64,000 nt of DNA from positions 62,001 to 126,000 of the forward strand of contig LVLI01000229.1 in NCBI GenBank assembly GCA_001687465.1, read 5' to 3'. The notes below the pieces were generated by a model. That model did not search any database. It was not told the DNA's origin and saw only the letters and a list, made by a program, of their open reading frames with translations. A program made the position numbers and the translations under genes. The DNA comes from Halocafeteria seosinensis. Taxonomy: Eukaryota. Below, one piece after another: positions 1 to 11,075 of the stretch. Position 1 is the first letter of the stretch, and the number at the start of each line of letters is the position of its first letter.

Positions 1-3000
1 ATCGTCTCCACCAGCGAGCTTCTGAAGGTCGTTCGTCATCCCTATTTGGAAATAAGTGAAGGTGAACAGCTGGTGACGTTTAATGTGCCGGAACAGAAAG
101 GCTTCTATCAGGCATCTTTATCGCTTGGTCAGTATCGTCTGGACACCCTTTTAGAAACGAAGCCTGAACTGGTCAAGAAGCTGGACATGGAAAACTTTGT
201 GTATCTGTGCTTGTTAGGTTTCTGCACGTACCCAGGGGACGCCAGCGCTGACAACTTTATCGTCGAGCTTTACGGCAAGCCTGGCGGTACGGCGACGAAG
301 GTTGACTTTATTCGGCTTGTGTCGATTGACAATGACCTTTCGTTCGCCAAAAGCATGTTGCGGAAGCAGGAGAATGTGAGCAAGGGAGCCATATACGCAG
401 ATATGCTCAACGTTCTCTACTTTTTCCCTCAAATGCAGCGACCCATTCCTGATTCTGTCCGCCAGAGAATACGAAGCCGCGACTTCTGTGAAAATTTCAT
501 CCTCGATGTAGTCAACGAGCTGATTGCTGTCGATGGACGCTTTGATGCTTCCCCATTTGCTCGAGATGAAGATGCGAAGTTGCCATTCAGATTACCGGAA
601 GCAAGTCTATTATATATGTATGATAACCTGGTGAAAGTGAGAGGCATACTAGGGAAAAAATGGGCTGTCACTGTTGACGATTTGTTCGATGGACTTTATC
701 CTCAGTTGAGTCATTTTTATCGAAACTTTTGGGGCGAATTCTCTATAGATTACTCTATCGAGAGGTTATATGAAGCTGCGGACTGCGGAAAACAAGGGAA
801 ATTTTTTGGGAAAGGTCATCGCTCACGCGTCCTTACACGAGTTAAAACATCGAAGCAGCTGGAAGGTAATGCCTATTGGGACCGGTTCAACAGCAGTATC
901 GACCAAGAAGCGCATTTGTTATATCAATATCGCAAGGGCATTCTAGACTGTGCTTCTCAAGACCGAATCGATTCCTTCTTGGTCGGGTTCGCGACAGACC
1001 TTTCATACGTTCCCAAAGACCCATCGAGTCTACCTATTTCTGAGGCGCGGACTGTATGTACTACGACAGGTACTGAAGGTTGCACTCTTAACGATGATCG
1101 CTCAACGAGGATGATGAGGAATGTTCTAGATATGGTTCCTTATCTACATGATGATCCGGAGAAGATACTTCTGACTCTCATCCGCTCAGATCTTGATGTT
1201 AATGAAAGAGTCGATGTCCAAGGTGGGACTATTTTGCATCACCTCGTACAGCAAACATCGTCTGCCAGCGATACACATTCGCGGCTTGCTGTGGAACGCT
1301 TAATAGAATGCGGCGCTGATCCTTTCCAGACCAATAGCTCTGGCCAAACTCCCGCCGATATTACCTTGATCAAGGAAGACGTAGGTCTGCACAGTGCGTT
1401 GCATTGGATAGAACCGCAGTTAATATGGCAGCTTATGTCTCGTAGACCCTTCGACGATGATTGGAATATTTTGATACAAGAGATGACATACGTTTTGCGT
1501 CATGTTTCCTCTTTTCAATTGTGTGTCTTTCAGGGATTTCGTCAAGATGCTCTTGCTGCAGCGGCTTTGAAACATCCGAAGAACCGTCAGTTAGTGCAAG
1601 CGCTGGTGCGACGAAACGACTTTGATCAACTGGTCCCAGAAATGTATGATACCACAATTGGAAACGTTGTGGATCAGTTTGTGGAATATGTTGCTAGTAT
1701 CGATGAAGACGATGAAGACTCGTTATTGCGTCAGATTCTTTGGATATGCGGATCAACCAATACTAGTGAACCCGCATTTCGTGTGAATCCTGAGGCGATA
1801 GAGAACGCTTACGGACGCCGAAAGTGGGCAATTTTGGCCGTGCTACTTAATCACTGCGAAGCTGAATATGACTTCAACCGTCTGTCGTGGGGCAAGAATC
1901 CAGACGAGAGACGCAACATTCGCTTGGCACACGTACTACGCGGCCGAGGCCAACTTAAGGGCAGTGATTTCAAAGAAGGGATAGACTTGTATCGAAAAGG
2001 AAAAAATGGCGATAGAAGTTTACACATAATTGCCGAAAGAGGATCGGTGAGTGCAATTCGTGACCTAGACACTATTCATCCTGGTTTCGTTCGCACGCAC
2101 TGTATGGACGTAAATGCATTTGGAGAAACACCTCTCGATGTTGCCTATAAGTATGACCGTGCTGATGTGCTAGAGCATCTGGTAGAACAGGTAAGAAAGT
2201 ATCAGGGCTATTTTCAGCTCTATACCAAAGATGATGAACACGTGTATGGAAATGATAAGACCCGGAAGGTCTCTCGAATATCCAGGGAGATGGGGACCGG
2301 AGATATCAGTATTAGGGAGGCTATGTTTGGAGTATATCTAGATCGTGTAAATAGTCGTGGAAACACCATGTTGTACGAAGTCGTCAAGCAGTACTATGGA
2401 AAGCGTTTACGAAACGAGGACCCTGGAAAGGCATTCGAACACTTCAGCACCCTTATGCGTCTCGGGGCAGATCTGCAGTATACTGAACGGTTTGATGGTC
2501 TCTCTCCGTTTCACCTGATAGCGCGGATGGGGACCGATTGGTTGGATCCAGCCAATGCCCTGTACACGGAAATGAGACAAAATCTTAAAGAGGGTACAGT
2601 TGCTCCCGACTTGCGATCCTTTGATTCGTACGGAAGAAGCCCTTTAGATCTAGCGTGCTTGGAGTCCATAAATGTGAAGAATGGAGAAAGCAATAATGCT
2701 TGGGATGTTCTTGTTGAGGAACTCGTCAATAAAAGCACTCGTCCTTCCGGCATGGGAGCCGTCTTCATCCAGAACAACCAACATCAATATCGATATAATC
2801 CCCTTATGGACTCGGTACTGCGGGGCCAGTTTGAAGTTGTAGAGAAGCTCGCCCCCAAGTGTGAAGAGTGTACTTCTCGGATTGGTTTGAACACGAAAGA
2901 ATTTCGTATACGCATGGGTGACCCTTCTTTATTTGTAGCAGAAGCTGGTATATCTGAAGATCCCAGGACTAAGAGGTTACCAGAGCTAACGCTACGTAGT

Positions 3001-3564
3001 TTATGTGCGCATGATGACTACATTGGATTGTGCTTATACTTTCTGGAGATGCAATCGTGGGAAACTTACTCGCTATATTCGACGGTCTCCAAGGTTCTGA
3101 AGGACGTCAATTTGAGCTGCAACACTCAAGTTTTGTTCTTGCGTTTTGTTGATAGTAAATGTCCGTACTTCCTTCCCAGAGTGGGAGAAGAATTATTGAG
3201 GGACTTGTTGTTGTCTGGGAAACCGTCACGGAAGGTTGTACGAGAACTGTTCAAGTGTATGCGGCACAGAGAATGCGAAGTTCGTACTTGCAGTTTAATA
3301 GAAGAAGGCTGTCGAGTGGAAAACTATGCAGCAGTAAGCCAACTTGCGTACTATGAATCAGTACATAATCCGTTTCACCAGGCCAACGTTCCAATTGTGC
3401 CGGTCGCGGACGAGCCCACGGATTCCGAGAAGAAGAAACTGCGCGACATGTGTGGAATTAATAGTGCTGATGAAGGTGACTATACAGAGGCTTCCGCGAT
3501 AGGGTCACTGATTCAGAGTGTTGGTTCATTCTTTGCTTACAACATCGTGCGTACGGATTCCTGA
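1..3564 (+). CDS. Atypical (PI3K/PI4K-like fold) kinase-like domain plus ankyrin-repeat protein, 5'-truncated by the window edge
   Basis: Frame 1 is open from base 1 (IVSTSELLKVVRHPYLE...) to TGA at 3562-3564; the listed start at 46 is TTG. Ankyrin-type motifs include GGTILHHL, GQTPAD, GDRSLHIIA, GETPLDVA, GNTMLY, GLSPFHLIA, GRSPLDLA and NPLMDS. N-terminal DASADN (238-255) and LVSIDNDLSF resemble the DxxxxN and ID[HN]xxxF kinase motifs. No intron is needed. Confidence 0.8.
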   Translation: MVSTSELLKVVRHPYLEISEGEQLVTFNVPEQKGFYQASLSLGQYRLDTLLETKPELVKKLDMENFVYLCLLGFCTYPGDASADNFIVELYGKPGGTATKVDFIRLVSIDNDLSFAKSMLRKQENVSKGAIYADMLNVLYFFPQMQRPIPDSVRQRIRSRDFCENFILDVVNELIAVDGRFDASPFARDEDAKLPFRLPEASLLYMYDNLVKVRGILGKKWAVTVDDLFDGLYPQLSHFYRNFWGEFSIDYSIERLYEAADCGKQGKFFGKGHRSRVLTRVKTSKQLEGNAYWDRFNSSIDQEAHLLYQYRKGILDCASQDRIDSFLVGFATDLSYVPKDPSSLPISEARTVCTTTGTEGCTLNDDRSTRMMRNVLDMVPYLHDDPEKILLTLIRSDLDVNERVDVQGGTILHHLVQQTSSASDTHSRLAVERLIECGADPFQTNSSGQTPADITLIKEDVGLHSALHWIEPQLIWQLMSRRPFDDDWNILIQEMTYVLRHVSSFQLCVFQGFRQDALAAAALKHPKNRQLVQALVRRNDFDQLVPEMYDTTIGNVVDQFVEYVASIDEDDEDSLLRQILWICGSTNTSEPAFRVNPEAIENAYGRRKWAILAVLLNHCEAEYDFNRLSWGKNPDERRNIRLAHVLRGRGQLKGSDFKEGIDLYRKGKNGDRSLHIIAERGSVSAIRDLDTIHPGFVRTHCMDVNAFGETPLDVAYKYDRADVLEHLVEQVRKYQGYFQLYTKDDEHVYGNDKTRKVSRISREMGTGDISIREAMFGVYLDRVNSRGNTMLYEVVKQYYGKRLRNEDPGKAFEHFSTLMRLGADLQYTERFDGLSPFHLIARMGTDWLDPANALYTEMRQNLKEGTVAPDLRSFDSYGRSPLDLACLESINVKNGESNNAWDVLVEELVNKSTRPSGMGAVFIQNNQHQYRYNPLMDSVLRGQFEVVEKLAPKCEECTSRIGLNTKEFRIRMGDPSLFVAEAGISEDPRTKRLPELTLRSLCAHDDYIGLCLYFLEMQSWETYSLYSTVSKVLKDVNLSCNTQVLFLRFVDSKCPYFLPRVGEELLRDLLLSGKPSRKVVRELFKCMRHRECEVRTCSLIEEGCRVENYAAVSQLAYYESVHNPFHQANVPIVPVADEPTDSEKKKLRDMCGINSADEGDYTEASAIGSLIQSVGSFFAYNIVRTDS

Positions 3565-5128
3565 CTTGGCGATCGCCCATCAGGGTCTCTGACTGGAGTC
3601 CGGTTTCGTCCCACGGGTGTGGTTGATTGGTGACGATATTGGGTTGAGCTGGCCCCAAACTATACAAAGACTGTAACAAACAAAGTACACGCTAGTTGAC
3701 CAGTGTCTACACTGAATTTACTCCGCTTACATGAAAGCCGAAGCGCATAACACCTTCTCATTAGTCGCTCTCAGCATCATGTGGGCTATTTGTCGGCAAG
3801 TCTCCGGAAACTCCATGTGTAGCCAAGAAAGCTCGTCCGTCAACAAGAGTATCATTAACGGCGACGCATTCCCGCTCCTCGTCTCTGTCAATAAAGCTAC
3901 TACTATAAAGAAAAGGGTCGGGGTGTTGTCACTTCCTGATGATAGCTGCAGAAGTTGAATTTCCAACCTAGCCGAGGATCCCACGGTTCATTCACTTCGT
4001 GTTCCCACTATCCCGGTGGTGATACTCGACCAACAGTGCATTTCCCTGGTCTCCCCATTGAATAACTCGCTTAACATCTAGTGAAGAACACAATGGACAA
4101 ATAGGAAGACGTTACACCCACGGCGGACGGTCGAGCAGGCATCTCCGCTGACTCAGCAGCACCACAGGAACCAGTCCCTCAATAATTATATCCGTACATA
4201 CTTGTGCAGGCGGAGAGAGATCAACGTCTGACCACGCTGAACTGGAGTGTGGTGTGCGAGCGTGTGTGTGTGTGCACTGTGTGGAGGACGAAGTGAACCT
4301 CATCACGTGGCAGCTACCCTTCCACAAACTATGATTGTATTCCACTGCATTTTCTATAAACATTGTCTCAGATTCACTACATACGAAACCAACAGCCACC
4401 TCTTCTTCGTTCCTATGTTCGTCCCTTTGCGCTGCTGCTGCGTCTAATAATAATGTGAGAGGGAGATGAGTCAACATGAGTTGTTCTGACTTAGCGAAAC
4501 CATCCCGCCGGCTCCCGGGAGTGACGTCGTCCTCTTTTCATTCAAGGAACCCGACAGGATTGCCACAGAAAGTAAAGGAGACTCCGAAATTCACGACGAA
4601 GAAAAGGAGTCCGACGGTTCAGAGGGTGAGTGCGTGAATTGTTGTTTCAGAGTGTTAGATTGGTTGAACGGATGGATCTCTGGTCGCCGCTGCTGCTGGA
4701 TGATGATGGATCTCCTATCAAGTGGCGGTATGCGAGTTGTCGTTGACCACTGGGATCAAGAGAATAACACACTGATGATGCGTGTATTGTTTACCATAGG
4801 TTTGTCATGGAGGAAGGAAGAAAGGGGGCTCTGTTCTGGGTGACTTCAGACCGCACCATCGGAGTTTGGGAAAGAACTCTGGTGCTCTTGTCGATGCCTC
4901 CCGATTAACACATGCGCACGTCAATTGTCGTCTCATTTGTGCAATCAAAATGAATATCTCGCGCTGAGTTGTGCATCTCATTGACTACTGTATCCCTCTC
5001 GTGTTATCTGCAGAACTGCCACGGCGGTTTACCGTAACGTTGCCAACGAATACTATATCCACGGCAGTGGCAGTATTCTTCAATTTTGGGGGGGAATACA
5101 GTACAGTTCTCTTCGAAACTACACGATA

Positions 5129-6301
5129 ATGATGGTCAAACAAGAGCGCAACTTTGGATGTCATGGGGCGCAGACAACCACCAGCTCAGGGAAGTTCCAG
5201 TGCCCTCGTTTGCGCCAAGGAAGTGCACAACCACAGATGGCTCTCACTCCCTTGGCGATTGGGATTCTACAGTTTGCAGGCCATACAAAGGCTCCAAAGT
5301 CTATACCTCTCAACGCGTCTACGAGTTTTAGTCTGCATGTCCCGCCCAGCTCCAAGCGGAGAACTCAAGCAGGAAAACGGAGAAGGATGGAAGTAGCTGG
5401 CAGCTACGTAGAGTTTCCTTTTGCGGGTTCTAAAAGTCGATGTTGCATGTCCCAACAACCTTGCCATTTTGTTGCCTCTGATGAATCGGAATCCACGATA
5501 AGCGACTCTACAAGTGCCACCAACTTCACTGCTGAGGAAGCTGCATCCGAGTTGCTGAGACTTAACCGGCACGGTGACCAATTCACTCCCACTGAGACGA
5601 GCACTGAATCGCCAAATTCAGTGCGTAGCGGTGGCTTAACCAACATGCGAGCAAAACGACGGTACGATAGAAGACAGTACGGGTTATATCATCTTCAGTC
5701 TTATTTTCAACTCAATGTTCCGCAGCAAAAAGTGGGAAATAGAAGAACACTTCAAATGCAACTTCTGTGACAAAATCTATGGGTCAATTTCTGCTTTGAC
5801 TCTCCATATCCGAGCCAAACATGTGGATGAGGCCAAAGTGCTCATGGGCCTGGGGAAGAAAGACACACTCCTACCCATACACGCGCGATCGATCGGTGCT
5901 CACTTCAATCACTGCATGAACGACAGACACATTGAGCCGAAATCAATCAGGTCTCCCCAGACATCCAAAAGTAAGTAGTTTCCTGGCCTAGTTCTGAGCA
6001 AGGAAATAATTCGGCATTGCGCACCACCCTTCCTTGGATATGTAATGCAGAGCACAATGTAGCCGGAGCTGTCTCCACCAAGGCAACTACTGCATACTCC
6101 AAAAGAGAAGCTGAGAGTGCTCTTGCGAGTTCGGATCCATTGCCTTCGAAAAGACAAGAAGCCCACTACGTCCAGACGGCTCGAAAGCGCGATCTGCCCA
6201 CATTGCAGGTTAAACAGACGTCGATTCCAGTGCAGCTCAAATACAAGTGCAATGAGGTCGAATACCCGATCGTTGCACCTACCAAACAAATTGTATGTTA
6301 G
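5129..6301 (+). CDS. Single C2H2 zinc-finger protein, paralogue A (3 exons)
   Basis: GT-AG introns 5662-5725 and 5971-6050 join three ORFs in frame. Finger: CNFCDKIYGSISALTLHIRAKH. Start codon and last exon end are uncertain. Confidence 0.7.
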
Positions 6302-7999
6302 GCTGCTTGTTGTGACGGAGCTTCAGATTGATTCACGTAGGCATGCGCGATAGTTGCGCGGCCTGGGAGCCATGCATGTGTCGAGGGATTCTCAAAAACA
6401 GTGTAGAAAAGAATACATTTGGCACCTCATATTTATCGTGTCGTTTTTTTGAATTGCATCTCTTTCTCAGTTGCGTTGACTCCGCTCCTCGTTAAGAGGA
6501 TGTGGTCAACTTCCCGGCCGGTGGGCTATCTGTCACATTTGTGTGTGTGTGACTCCGTATTACAGTCCGCATCCTTGTATTCATGCAATCAGAAGCCAGA
6601 CTGTCCCAAAACCAGCCTCTATCTACGTGATATAGGTTTATTTGTTTTATTCAGTTCATTATGTGGTGTATGCAGTGTATGTATGGCACCATATGTACGG
6701 TAGCCTCCGCAGCATCCGCATCTTGGGAAACTTGTTCTACGGAAGGGGACGCCGCAGATGACGTGTATTCCATCTCCCACGTTCATTTTTTCCAGGCTCC
6801 TTACGCGGGCATATATATTCCCCGGACATATTTGCATACAGTGCTGAACTCGATATCAACGCGTAGGACCGACGAAAACCCGAAATCCGAAGCTCCGGGG
6901 GAAACCTGGTGCGGCTTTTCGGAAGCGCCACGTCAGCAGCTGGCTCCCCAGCAGAAAACCTTCAGATAAGGGTCCCCGTTCAATTGTCTCACGTTGTGAA
7001 CCCTATCGTGGCCTTAAAAGATCCCATGGATGTCTCTTTCAAGTGATATCAGCCGATTGGCCGCTGCTGCAGTACTTCTGCGCCAGCAGACCGTTTCTCC
7101 GGCATATTCCCGTACTTGCCAGACAGCAGCTGTTCGTCCTTGTTTCGAACATGTAACCCTTCGGGAATAAGCCCCATACGCTTATACAGCTCAATGGGAG
7201 TGTTTTCTCTGAGCAGATCCTCTCTGTATGCCGTCCTCTCGTCGAGTGACACCCCATATACCGCAACTTGAAGGGCCGGTTTTGGCCGTGCCGAGCCGGG
7301 AATTTCCCGGGAAAGAGCCGGCCCAGCAGCGCGTTAAAAGGGGCAAAAAGTCATAGCAGACAAATGAATTGGATTTGATGCCCCCGTCAAGTACACAATT
7401 GTTCAATTATTCATTCAGTATTGGGACACCCGACAATGTAAGTGCGTGTCCATGTTAAGAGAGAGAGAGAGAGGAAAAAAAGATGGAGGGTTGGAATTGT
7501 CCAGCTGATCGTCTTGGCTTTTCTTGGGATCAATGCCCTGTTTGGTTCTTTATGGGCTTCGGTGGTTGACGCGGAGTTGTGACGGCTGCACTTTTCAGTC
7601 CCCTCCTCTGCCCTCTATTCCACCTTTTGAGACTCCCCTGATGTAGAATGGGTAGAGAGAGCGAATGGGAAAACCTACAAGGGGTAGTGCGCTGTCTTTC
7701 GTGTGTAAAGGGGAGAATGCCGTAGCACACGTGTAACGTGTTTGAAGTGCCGAACGGAGTTGAATTGGTCAGGTTTTCCAGCTGATGTAGCTGTTATGCC
7801 TGCACTCGTGTTTCTTCCAAGTATGGGAATGTTGTTTATCAAATTTCCGGCATGCTCTGCAGAATAGAAAGAAGAGAGACACACAGAAACAGCGGCTGTA
7901 CAGCGTACTACGTGTTCAGTGTTCGTTGTGGAAAAAACCGTCCTTCTTGAAGCTTGGAATTTGAACCGAGCGGAGATAGAAAAGATCCGTTGGAAGAGG

Positions 8000-9177
8000 A
8001 TGGGAAGCGTTAGCCACGCCCAAACTATGCCAGGTGTCAAAGCAGCACAGCCTCCAATAACGACCCAGCAACAGCAATATCAGCAGCAGCAAGTCGCCAT
8101 GGCCGCCGCTGCCGCCTATCAATTGCGGGTTCAACGACGCGTGCCAGTGCTAGTGAATGGAATCCTACAACCGAGGAAGGCATTACACGAACTGAAAGTT
8201 ACGGCGCCTGATGAACCAAAACCGAAGCAGTATACGATTGATCCAACCAAAGGCAATATCGGTGCGGGGTTTACGCTGACGCGCACTGGAGTCAGTAATG
8301 TGGTGAACCAGAGAAGTATGACTCACAGCAATAATTCACGCGTCGCAGCTGCCACGTCATCCTCGCACGGTGCGCCTCAAAGACCTCCAGTTCGGAATCA
8401 CTCTCCCAAAATGATGGTTGCCGTTCCAGCACGGATTGAAAAGGATGTTTTCAATATGGAAGAATGTACTGACGAAGAGGCTGCCTCACAGCTCCTCAAT
8501 TTGACCCGTAGTCTGCCGCCGAATCAAACGCTAGAAACCGATACGAAGAGCAGTTGCAGCTCAACGTACTCCAGCGGGAACTCCAAAAGTGGTAGACGGC
8601 TGAAGTAAGTGCATCTTCATGAATTACAATGCTTCGTTACTTGTCGACTGATATCCTCACGATCATTTTCTTTCGACCACACAGAAAAGTGCGTCAATCT
8701 GATCGCTACCATCGTTGCTGCTTTTGCCAAAGGCAGTACGGATGCTTGTCTGCATTGAGCTTGCATCTGCGCATGAAGCACCCGCGCCTTGTGAAAGCTA
8801 TGTTGGGTATGGACCAAGCAGAAGCGGTGCAGCCAATTCATGCACGATCCATTGGAGCGTATGCCAATGATGTCATGACGCGTAAACTTTTCCGTCCAGT
8901 TCGCTCCTTGGAAGAAGCCGTTCACGTTTGTGCCACGATGGGATACGAAGAAGAAACTAGCATTCCAGCGAAAACGGTGCCTACGACTATGGGTGTTCCC
9001 GAGAGTGCTAAACAACCACAGCCGGCACGTCTTCGCCTACAGGCAAGTAGCCAGCGCCGCTACAGCAATGATTCGATGAACACCGAGCCCAGCTATGCTT
9101 CCGCTCCAATGTCTTTTGGGGCTAATGGAAACAATTGTAGCTTTACTGGATACCAGCAACAAGTTGTGCAGGCGTAA
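8000..9177 (+). CDS. Single C2H2 zinc-finger protein, paralogue B (2 exons)
   Basis: ATG at 8000. Intron 8605-8684 (GTAAGT...ACAG) joins the ORFs in frame. Finger: CCFCQRQYGCLSALSLHLRMKH. Q/A-rich N-terminus. Shares PIHARSIGA and EEAASxLLxL with paralogue A. Confidence 0.75.
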
Positions 9178-9742
9178 AACTGATTTGCTGCCTCGAGTGC
9201 CCCCTATCCGTTTGCATGTGGGCACTCGTATTCATGTTTCTCGGAGCCCCACTCAGGGCTCTTCGTTCATATTTGCATGTTGCTCCGACAGTGCTTTTCC
9301 ATGGTCCTGCGCTGTTGGAGCGAGAGAGAGAAATACACGTTTGATGGGAAGTGCTCAACTTCCCTCCCGATTCCAAACAACCCGTACACCACCTCGCCTT
9401 AGTCGACCATCCTCCGCAAGCAGTACAACACATTTTACACTCCATGTGCATGATTACTTTGCTTCTACGTCTAGGGCCTAGGAATCCGGGATCAACCGAT
9501 TATCTACGACAAAAATGTATGTATGTGAAGTTGGCGGATCGCGATCCTAGACGGTCTGAGGAGTGAGCTCGCACGACAAAAGGAAGATAAGAATTTCGAT
9601 TTCGGATTGATACCTAACAGAGCGACCGTGCTTGTTTTACATTTACTTTAATATATCCACACACTAGGGTATCTGTTGCTTATACAGATAGCATTTGAGT
9701 AGCGTTTATTCACGTCAAAGGGAAAAAAAAAAAAGAACAACC

Positions 9743-10927
9743 ATGTCGGAAGGAGCTTTACTTGGTATGGGGAATCCCCTGTTGGATATCTCGGCAGAGG
9801 TACCCGATGAGGTGATGAAGAGGTATGTCGTCCTGCAGCTCCCCGTGTGGATGAAGGGTGTATAAGGGTTCGTTTGGAGTGTTCCCGGCTGACTCCGTGC
9901 TTGTAGCTGGAACATGTTTTTTGTTCCCTTTGACTTTCCCCTTGTCATGGACCCTTGTTCTCGTGGTATATGCAGATACGATGTGCAGCCCAACAACGCC
10001 ATTTTGGCCGAAGAGAAGCACATGCCCTTGTACAAGGAACTCATCGACAACTACGATGTACGCTACATCGCCGGCGGAGCCACGCAAAACTCAATCCGCG
10101 TTGCCCAATGGATGAGCCAAACCCCTGGATTCTCCAGTTACATCGGTTGCATTGGCAAAGACGGATATGGCCAGAAATTGAAGGATGCCGCCGCCAAGGA
10201 CGGCGTCAAGCCTCTCTACATGGAAGACGAGTCCGCCGCCACCGGAACCTGCGCCGTCCTCATCACCAACAAGGAGCGATCCTTGGTGGCCAATCTATCG
10301 GCAGCCAACAACTACAAAATTGACCACTTCAAAACCGAACCAGTCCAGAACGCTCTCAAGAAAGCCCAAGTCATCTACACCGCTGGGTTCTTCTTGACCG
10401 TATCTCCCGATACCATGGTCGAAGCCGGCAAGCTCTGTGCCGAACACAACAAGACCTTCATGATGAATCTCTCAGCACCTTTCTTGTGCAGTGTGTTCAA
10501 GGAACAAATGCACCAAGTGCTTCCTTACGCCGATGTCGTTTTCGGTAACGAGAGTGAAGCTCAAGCTTTTGCTGAAAACAATGACATGCCCAAGGATTCC
10601 AAGATTGAGGATGTTGCCCTCAAGATTGCTAGCTTAACCAAGGTGAACGACAAGAAGAGCCGAATGGTCGTCATTACACAGGGCTCAGAGTCCACCGTGG
10701 TCGCCCAAGACGGGAAGACAACTACCTTCCCAGTCACCCCCATGGACAAGAACGAAATTGTCGACTTAAACGGCGCTGGAGATGCCTTCGTTGGTGGCTT
10801 CTTGAGCCAATACGCTCTTGGCAGAAGTGTCAAGAACTGCGTCGAAGCAGGACACTACGCTGCAGGAGTGATCATCCGCACCAGCGGATGTGTCTTACCC
10901 GACAAGTGTGACTTCAAACCCGAATAA
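9743..10927 (+). CDS. ADK: Adenosine kinase (PfkB/ribokinase family), 2 exons
   Basis: Exon 1 (9743-9822) gives MSEGALLGMGNPLLDISAEV; intron 9823-9975. Exon 2 has AGGATQNSIRVAQW, TGTCAV, RSLVANL, FGNESEA and VDLNGAGDAFVGGFL. Strong preference for C-ending codons. Confidence 0.97.
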
Positions 10928-11075
10928 GCACTGATCGGTGGGGTAAAATTGTAGATATACATGCCATATTTACCTATGTTTTGCATATGCGCTTCGATAG
11001 CGTGTATACCTTGTGTTGCTTTCCCTACTACTAGGGACTTGGTTTATTTGCTGAATATACTCTGACATCTATTTG

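Noticed and set aside
1..3564. Lack of introns as evidence of horizontal transfer for the ankyrin, CxxC and GLUG genes
   Set aside because: Clearly eukaryotic TSC2 (6.2 kb) and OFCC1-like (3.3 kb) are also intronless here.
3727..4843. Short ORFs between the ankyrin gene and zinc-finger A
   Set aside because: No recognisable motif and no convincing splice chain.
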